From a bacterium (GTDB lineage Bacteria; Patescibacteriota; Dojkabacteria; SC72), in the NCBI GenBank assembly GCA_022840695.1, contig JALHDC010000002.1, forward strand, positions 91,374 through 155,373: a stretch of DNA of 64,000 nt, written 5' to 3'. Below the pieces are notes generated by a model. That model ran no database searches. It worked only from the letters and a program-made list of their open reading frames with translations, and was not told the origin of the DNA. The position numbers and the translations under genes were made by a program. Below, piece after piece: positions 58,000 to 64,000 of the stretch (position 1 is the first letter of the stretch; each line of letters opens with the position of its first letter).

Positions 58000-60719
58000 T
58001 CATGGCAATAACTTTTAAGGGAACAAACAAAACATTAGTAGGATACCATAACAGAGATAATGGGAAATTTGGCATGGTCGAAAACAAATATCCGATATTT
58101 GAAAATGAAAATGAATCTATATTTACCTTAACAAGAGATCACTTTTTTAGCATAACTACACCTCAAATTGAAGCACTTTTAAGTAATTTTCTTAGGTATA
58201 AGAAGTTTAATGATACAAAAAGAATAGTTGCAAATATCCTCGTTATACCGGGTTTGGTCATTGCATTTGGATTTATGCTTAAATACTCAACATTGTTAGA
58301 TTCGTTTCCTGTAATAGTAGATCTACTTGGTTCTAAATTTATTAATTTTCTCTTTGGAATATCAATTCTGAGTGTAATAGCTCTCTGGCATGATTTCTAT
58401 GAAGAAAAAAGTCATCCAATTCAACTTCCCGAGATTAAAGCTATTCCTCAAAAAGATATAGATGAAATAAAAGGGAGTGGATTTAAATTTGGTAGATATG
58501 CTCATCTTGAAACAATTAATTTCCTTAATGATGAGACTTTAGAATTGCTTTGTACATTTAATCAAAACAATACATTTAAAACTTCTTGGCTTTTAAGAGA
58601 TCTTGTAGAATCAAATTTTGAAGTACAGCAGATTATAAGGAGAACAGGGGTGGATATCACAGTAGAACTACTTGATCAGGAGGAGATAAATGAGAGTAGT
58701 ATTCCAGAATTCCCTGTAACAGGATTACGAAGCTTCCTAACATACACATTAGAGGAGGCATTGCTAACAAATAGCAAAGAGATTCAACCTCAGCACCTGT
58801 TTTTAGCAATAACAAAAATATTTCCGAAGTTTGAGAAGTTTTTGTTAAAGAACGGATTAAATATTGATATCCTCAGAGAGATTTGTTCGTATAACAACGA
58901 AATGACATATAGAAGAAATCGAACTAAATATTTAGATCCAAACATATCGTACTATAGAAAAGGAGGAGTAGCTGGACAATGGATATATGGCTATACATTC
59001 ATCCTAAGTCATTTTAGTAAAGATTTGAACAAGGTGGTTTCTGAATCGAAGGATATCTTTGGTATTGGACATGATGATGAGATAGAGGCTTTAGCATCAA
59101 CTTTAGGTAAACTTAGTAATAAAAATGCATTACTTATAGGAGAACCTGGAGTAGGGAAATCCAGCCTAATCTTAGGACTTGCACAGAGAATCAATTCAGG
59201 AGATGTACCAGTACAACTTAAAGAAAAGAGGATTATACAGCTAGATCTTAATGGTTTAATAGCAGTATCAAAGAAGGAAAGAAATATTGAAGAACTCATC
59301 ATAAAAGCGATGAAAGAATTGGAGAATGCTGGTAATACAATACTATACATAGATGAGATGCAAGAGTTAATACCTAGAAAAGCAGAGGAATCTAATCACT
59401 CTGTAGCAGGTATGCTTTTGCCATATATATTAAATAGTAAATTTCCAATAGTTGGCACAACCAATTATTCCGATTATAAAAGATATTTCTATAGTAGTGA
59501 GTCATTAAGACAAAGCTTTACAAATATTGAAGTTAAGGAGGTTTCAGCGAAAGATACCCTTACTATACTTGAGAGTAAGATTCCTTCTTTGGAGAGAAAT
59601 TTTGAATGCTTTTTAACATTTCCTGCACTATTTGCATCTGTAGAAATGGCACAAAGATATATCAAAGAGAGGAAGTTACCGAGTAGTGCTGTAGAAACAT
59701 TAGAAGCTACATGTGCATGGGCTCAATCTAACAGTATACAGAAAATAACAACTGAACATGTTTCTAAATCCATATCTATACAAAAGAATATTAATGTAAC
59801 AGCTATAGATCAAGAGGAGAGTAATAGGTTGATTAAGTTGGAAGAGAATATTAAAGCTAGGGTGATAGGTCAGGAAGAAGCCATAGTTGCAGTTACAGAG
59901 GCTCTAAGAAGAGCCAGAACTGATATAAGGAATCCTGAGAAGCCAATTGGTGTATTCCTCTTTGTAGGGCCTACAGGAGTTGGTAAAACCCATTTGGCAA
60001 AGGTAGTAGGGGAGGAATTTTTTGGTATTGAAGAGAACATTGTGAGGATTGATATGTCAGAATATCAAGAGATTGAGAGTATACAGAAGTTTCTTGGCTC
60101 ATCAACTTCTAAAGATTTTGGTCAAACATCCATTACTTTGTTAGATAAAGTAAAGAGTAATCCTCATACTGTGGTTCTTTTTGATGAAATAGAGAAGGCA
60201 CATGCAAATATTTTAGACCTCTTCCTACAGCTATTTGATGAAGGAAGATTGACTAGTACATACGGAGAAACTATCGATTTTACAAATACAATAATAATAT
60301 GCACAAGTAATATTGGAAGTGCAATGTTGTTAGAATCATTAGGGAAGGATCATTCTTTGTGGGATGAAGCTAAGAACAGAGTTCTTCTTGAGGTTCGACA
60401 ATCTTTAAGACCAGAATTAATTAACAGGTTTGACCAAATAATTGTGTTTAACCCTCATGATCTAAAGAACTTAGCAAGTATAGCAACACTTCTCTTAGAA
60501 GATCTCGCTAAAAGGCTTAGTAGCAAGGATATTTTAATTAAATGGTCTGATCAGATACCCATGTTAATCGCAAACAAAGCTAATGAACCTGGATTAGGTG
60601 CTAGACCTTTAAGAAGATATATACAAGACAGAATAGAGGGACAATTGGCAAAAGGAATTATTGAACAAAGTATAAGTGCGGGAGAGGAAATAGAGATAAA
60701 AGAAAGTTGGATAGTATAA
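57996..60719 (+). CDS. membrane-anchored ClpA/ClpC-type AAA+ ATPase (two TM helices + Clp_N-like region + two AAA modules)
   Basis: 907 aa. TM segments IVANILVIPGLVIAFGFML and FINFLFGISILSVIALW. D1 Walker A GEPGVGKSS and Walker B ILYIDEMQ. D2 Walker A GPTGVGKTHLAK and Walker B VVLFDEIEKAH. Confidence 0.75.
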   Translation: MIMAITFKGTNKTLVGYHNRDNGKFGMVENKYPIFENENESIFTLTRDHFFSITTPQIEALLSNFLRYKKFNDTKRIVANILVIPGLVIAFGFMLKYSTLLDSFPVIVDLLGSKFINFLFGISILSVIALWHDFYEEKSHPIQLPEIKAIPQKDIDEIKGSGFKFGRYAHLETINFLNDETLELLCTFNQNNTFKTSWLLRDLVESNFEVQQIIRRTGVDITVELLDQEEINESSIPEFPVTGLRSFLTYTLEEALLTNSKEIQPQHLFLAITKIFPKFEKFLLKNGLNIDILREICSYNNEMTYRRNRTKYLDPNISYYRKGGVAGQWIYGYTFILSHFSKDLNKVVSESKDIFGIGHDDEIEALASTLGKLSNKNALLIGEPGVGKSSLILGLAQRINSGDVPVQLKEKRIIQLDLNGLIAVSKKERNIEELIIKAMKELENAGNTILYIDEMQELIPRKAEESNHSVAGMLLPYILNSKFPIVGTTNYSDYKRYFYSSESLRQSFTNIEVKEVSAKDTLTILESKIPSLERNFECFLTFPALFASVEMAQRYIKERKLPSSAVETLEATCAWAQSNSIQKITTEHVSKSISIQKNINVTAIDQEESNRLIKLEENIKARVIGQEEAIVAVTEALRRARTDIRNPEKPIGVFLFVGPTGVGKTHLAKVVGEEFFGIEENIVRIDMSEYQEIESIQKFLGSSTSKDFGQTSITLLDKVKSNPHTVVLFDEIEKAHANILDLFLQLFDEGRLTSTYGETIDFTNTIIICTSNIGSAMLLESLGKDHSLWDEAKNRVLLEVRQSLRPELINRFDQIIVFNPHDLKNLASIATLLLEDLAKRLSSKDILIKWSDQIPMLIANKANEPGLGARPLRRYIQDRIEGQLAKGIIEQSISAGEEIEIKESWIV

Positions 60720-60783
60720 TGATATTGAAATATCTGTATATATTACATATAATCACAGAGCTATAATATATAAATAACAAATC

Positions 60784-60948
60784 ATGGGAGCACTACCAAA
60801 AAGAAGAATATCAAAGGGAAGAAAGAACAGAAGAAGAGCACACAATGCCTTAGAGGTTAAGTCTGTATCTAAATGTCCAAAGTGTGGTAATGTAAAAAGA
60901 AGCCACTTTGAATGCGAATATTGTGGTAACTATAAAAAAAGTAAGTAA
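60784..60948 (+). CDS. rpmF: 50S ribosomal protein L32
   Basis: 54-aa ORF below the track cutoff. MGALPKRRISKGRKNRRRAH N-terminus and CxxC...CxxC zinc ribbon. Confidence 0.8.
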   Translation: MGALPKRRISKGRKNRRRAHNALEVKSVSKCPKCGNVKRSHFECEYCGNYKKSK

Positions 60949-60954
60949 AAGATT

Positions 60955-61398
60955 ATGAAAAGGTCTACAGACCCAAGACATCAAGCTAGGATACTTGCAT
61001 TACAAGAGCTATTTTCGAAATATTTCAATATTAAAAATATTCCTGTAGAGGAGATTTCTGTTAAAGAATTAGTAGAGATTAATGAGATGGGGGAGTACAA
61101 TGAAGATCTCTATGAGAAAATATTAACTGGAGTTACAGAGAATACAGAAGAAATAGACAAAGTGATATCACAGTATGCTCCTCAGTGGCCAATTACTCAA
61201 ATTAAATCTGTTGATCTACAAATATTAAGAATAGCTATTTTTGAAGGATTCATAGGGAAGATAACCCCACCAAAGGTAGCAATTGATGAAGCAATTGAGG
61301 TCGCAAAGGATTTTGGAGGAGAAATAAGTAGCAAATTTGTAAATGGTGTACTTGGAGCAATATATGAACAAACTAAAAAGGAGGAAGGAAATGAATAA
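60955..61398 (+). CDS. nusB: transcription antitermination factor NusB
   Basis: 147 aa. RHQARILALQELF N-terminus. Confidence 0.85.
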   Translation: MKRSTDPRHQARILALQELFSKYFNIKNIPVEEISVKELVEINEMGEYNEDLYEKILTGVTENTEEIDKVISQYAPQWPITQIKSVDLQILRIAIFEGFIGKITPPKVAIDEAIEVAKDFGGEISSKFVNGVLGAIYEQTKKEEGNE

Positions 61399-62080
61399 TG
61401 AAGAGTTAGAGAAAAAACTAGGAATATCTTTTTCAGATAAATCTTTGATTATAAAAGCCTTAACACACAGGTCATATCTTAATGAAAATAGGGATAAGGA
61501 TTTACAAAATAATGAAAGATTAGAATTTTTAGGTGATGCTGTATTGGAGTTAATAATTTCCTTTAAACTATTTGAGAAATACCCAGATAAACCGGAGGGG
61601 GAATTAACAGGTATTAGATCCGCATTGGTAAGGACAGAAAGCTTAGCCCAACAGTCACGAGATTTAGAAGTTGGCAAGCATCTTTTAATGTCCAGAGGAG
61701 AGGAAGATTCAGGAGGTAGAGATAAAGATTATCTTCTTGCAAATACATACGAAGCAATTTTAGGTGCAATATATTTAGATAGTGGATATGAATCATGTAG
61801 AACTTTTGTAGAGAATACTTTGCTTAAAAAAGTTGATGAGATTGTTGATAACGAGCTATTCATTGATCCTAAAACTAAGGTTCAGGAGTTAATTCAAGCA
61901 AAATATAAAGTGACTCCAACATATCAAATAGTAAAAGAGGAAGGACCAGATCATGAAAAATACTTTACTGTAGTATTAAAGGTAAATAAAAAGAAATTAA
62001 GTGAAGGATATGGTGCAAGCAAGCAAAAAGCAGAAGAGGATGCTGCACAAAAAGCTGTTAAATTATTAGAAGAGTCATAA
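61391..62080 (+). CDS. rnc: ribonuclease III (start placed at the ATG with upstream AAGGAGGAAGG; track ORF begins at 61343)
   Basis: Signature ERLEFLGDAVLEL, catalytic region, C-terminal dsRBD. Overlaps nusB stop. Confidence 0.85.
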   Translation: MNNEELEKKLGISFSDKSLIIKALTHRSYLNENRDKDLQNNERLEFLGDAVLELIISFKLFEKYPDKPEGELTGIRSALVRTESLAQQSRDLEVGKHLLMSRGEEDSGGRDKDYLLANTYEAILGAIYLDSGYESCRTFVENTLLKKVDEIVDNELFIDPKTKVQELIQAKYKVTPTYQIVKEEGPDHEKYFTVVLKVNKKKLSEGYGASKQKAEEDAAQKAVKLLEES

Positions 62081-62121
62081 AATCCTTGAATTAAGGTATT
62101 TGATTTGATAGAATTCAATCC

Positions 62122-62424
62122 ATGTTAAAAATAAGATTAAAAAGAACAGGAAGAAGAGGACAGCCACATTACAGAATTGTGGTTATGGAATCTAGCAAAC
62201 CTAGAGATGGGAGAACTATCGAAGAGTTAGGTTACTACAATCCTAGGAATAATCCTACAACATTTGATTTTGATAAAGAGAGAGTAGAGTATTGGTTGGC
62301 CAGTGGAGCTCAACCTTCAGATACTGTAGCTCAATATTTTGTTAAAGCAGGAATTCTAAAGAGTTTAAAAAGAGGTTCTACCAAGCCAAACACAGAGAAG
62401 AAGACAAAAGATAAGAAAGAGTAG
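62122..62424 (+). CDS. rpsP: 30S ribosomal protein S16
   Basis: 100 aa. MLKIRLKRTGRRGQPHYRIVV N-terminus. Confidence 0.9.
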   Translation: MLKIRLKRTGRRGQPHYRIVVMESSKPRDGRTIEELGYYNPRNNPTTFDFDKERVEYWLASGAQPSDTVAQYFVKAGILKSLKRGSTKPNTEKKTKDKKE

Positions 62425-62459
62425 TATAATATTTTTAATAAAATATATTTTAGGTAGAA

Positions 62460-62780
62460 ATGAAAGAGCTATTAGAACACATTGTTAAGTCAATTGTTAA
62501 TAATCCCGATGAAGTCACGATAGAGGAGAGGGAAAGTATAGATTTTCCTGGTCTTACTATATTGACTATTGATGTCGCAGAATCAGATAAGGGAGTCGTC
62601 ATAGGAAGAAAAGGAAGAACCATCAACTCAATAAGAGATTTAGTAACAATAAATGCTATTAGGAACGAGAGAAGAGTGAAGGTTTTGTTGAAAGATGATA
62701 ACTCACATAGAACAGAAGATGTTCCTTCTGAGAATGTCGAAGAGAATAATGAAAATATGTTAATAGACGAGGATCTTTAA
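62460..62780 (+). CDS. KH-domain RNA-binding protein (YlqC-like)
   Basis: 106 aa with GxxG motif IGRKGRTI. Conserved position after rpsP. Confidence 0.75.
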   Translation: MKELLEHIVKSIVNNPDEVTIEERESIDFPGLTILTIDVAESDKGVVIGRKGRTINSIRDLVTINAIRNERRVKVLLKDDNSHRTEDVPSENVEENNENMLIDEDL

Positions 62781-62782
62781 TC

Positions 62783-63511
62783 TCATCTTAATTTTTCTGC
62801 TTTCTGTCCAAATATATCCACTATGTCTTGGTATCTTGTGTAGTTTGTAAATGGAGCATATAAATCAGCTGTTATTGTACCTTCTGGGACATAATAACCT
62901 GTTACATTTAAGGTAACTCTCCATTCTTCTCCTGATTGTCTAAGAGAAACATTCTCAGAGGAGATAATGTAAGGGGAGGCAGAATAGAGGCTATCAAGAA
63001 AATCTAATATGTTTTCCAAAGTTCCATTGTATGCTAATGGTCCGCTCACACCTAAGTATGATTTTTTCTCCTTCTCATCTTCAACGGTTTTACTTACAGT
63101 AACTTGAATATCACCAGCAGATAGTGAACGAGATGTTAATCTTTTTTCATTAGCTAAGGTATCTATATAATACATAAAGCTAGATACTCTCAATGTCTTA
63201 GGAATAACTTCTTTGGCATTTAATAAATCTATTTGGAAAGTTCCTTCATCGATACTTTTTAATTGAGCTTCTAAATTTGTTAAAGCTTCTTCTTTCTCTT
63301 TAATTTCACGATATTCACCTCTAAAATTTATAGCTGATTTAACCATTGGAACAAATACAAATAGGGCTAACATTATCAATATTATTCCTGATGCCAAAGG
63401 TATAATAATATCGTTTATTCCCAGCCTAGAAGCCTTAATTTTTTCACTTATTGCTTCTATTTCTTTCTTTGTTCTGGTTTGTCCAGAATTTTTATCAATT
63501 ATATCTGCCAT
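62783..63511 (-). CDS. bitopic membrane protein, PilO-like (type IV pilus assembly) candidate
   Basis: 242 aa. Cytoplasmic N-terminus, one TM, coiled coil, C-terminal domain. Follows the PilN-like gene. Confidence 0.35.
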   Translation of the reverse strand: MADIIDKNSGQTRTKKEIEAISEKIKASRLGINDIIIPLASGIILIMLALFVFVPMVKSAINFRGEYREIKEKEEALTNLEAQLKSIDEGTFQIDLLNAKEVIPKTLRVSSFMYYIDTLANEKRLTSRSLSAGDIQVTVSKTVEDEKEKKSYLGVSGPLAYNGTLENILDFLDSLYSASPYIISSENVSLRQSGEEWRVTLNVTGYYVPEGTITADLYAPFTNYTRYQDIVDIFGQKAEKLR

Positions 63512-63990
63512 TAATTTGTAAACTGATCTAATTTCAATTCACCTACAAAAGAGTATCGTACACCATCTTCTCCTTTAGAGATAGATTTGAGATTAATATT
63601 TCCTATTTTAGAATCATTTGTCAAAAGATACCAAAGTTTTGCGACATCTTCTAAATCTGTAGATTCTCCACTGAAAGCAAATGCATTACTTCCAGAGAAA
63701 GAAAATTCACTTAATTTACTGCTACCACTTTTTACAGCAATACTTTGAACATAGTCTATAACTGATTTGGTAGAGAATTTTCCTTCTTCTATATCCTTAT
63801 ACAGCATAACCCTTTCTAATATCTCAGTATTATCTACTACAAGTTGACTATATGCAGATACTCTTTTTTCATGCTCATTTAATCTTTCTCTTTCTGCATT
63901 TAATTGAATTTTTGAAAGAATATTAAAACCAACAACTATGATAGAGACAGAGAAGAGAATGGACAAGCTTACCAATGCACTTTTGTTCAT
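63511..63990 (-). CDS. bitopic membrane protein, PilN-like candidate
   Basis: 159 aa. N-terminal TM, coiled coil, small C-terminal domain. Overlapping stop/start with the next gene. Confidence 0.35.
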   Translation of the reverse strand: MNKSALVSLSILFSVSIIVVGFNILSKIQLNAERERLNEHEKRVSAYSQLVVDNTEILERVMLYKDIEEGKFSTKSVIDYVQSIAVKSGSSKLSEFSFSGSNAFAFSGESTDLEDVAKLWYLLTNDSKIGNINLKSISKGEDGVRYSFVGELKLDQFTN

Positions 63991-64000
63991 TTTCTTCTTT

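Noticed and set aside
1-64000. Alternative genetic code (UGA recoding as in some CPR lineages)
   Set aside because: Long conserved genes (mutS, pheT, recG, PBP, Clp ATPase) are full length with UGA as stop under the standard code.

Overview
AT-rich, gene-dense bacterial chromosomal segment read with the standard genetic code; long housekeeping ORFs such as mutS, pheT and recG are intact with UGA as a stop codon. The housekeeping backbone is: murG(partial)-murA-(C39-like)-<murF | mraZ-rsmH-ftsL-ftsI-mraY (dcw cluster with an MraZ-box-like operator), tatD, rsmI, truB, rarA, tyrS, a divergent RelA/SpoT homolog, recG, trmL, rsmD, thrS-infC-rpmI-rplT-pheS-pheT, a class A PBP, mutS, tig, clpP, typA, dus, rpmF, nusB-rnc and rpsP-KH. 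Several traits point to a small-genome Patescibacteria/CPR-like organism: trigger factor without a PPIase domain, a sortase with membrane-anchored Ig-like surface proteins, PilN/PilO-like genes, many small hypothetical proteins and no T-box leaders before aaRS genes. This is inference only. The most interesting accessory content is listed below. (1) A tRNA-Val-adjacent island (about 44.4-51.5 kb) carries a Doc toxin with an unannotated overlapping sORF, two GNATs, an Erm-like rRNA methyltransferase, an APH-like kinase, an HTH-Nudix protein and DUF1653. It is partitioned by repeated tRNA-3'-end-like CCCACCATT motifs that look like serial att-site remnants. (2) An 828-aa secreted protein combines DUF2341, 3 phage-tail-collar-like repeats and 3 FN3-like repeats and is a candidate host-attachment protein. 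(3) A PEP-synthase-like enzyme has its phosphocarrier His replaced by Asp. (4) A ClpA/C-type AAA+ unfoldase carries N-terminal transmembrane helices and is translationally coupled to a small membrane protein. (5) Two copies of a GC-rich near-palindromic element (GGGACAGAGGAGGGTCnGACCC) lie in intergenic DNA 40 kb apart. (6) A HigB/HigA module is present. No CRISPR array or rRNA was seen, and no integrase or transposase was recognised.
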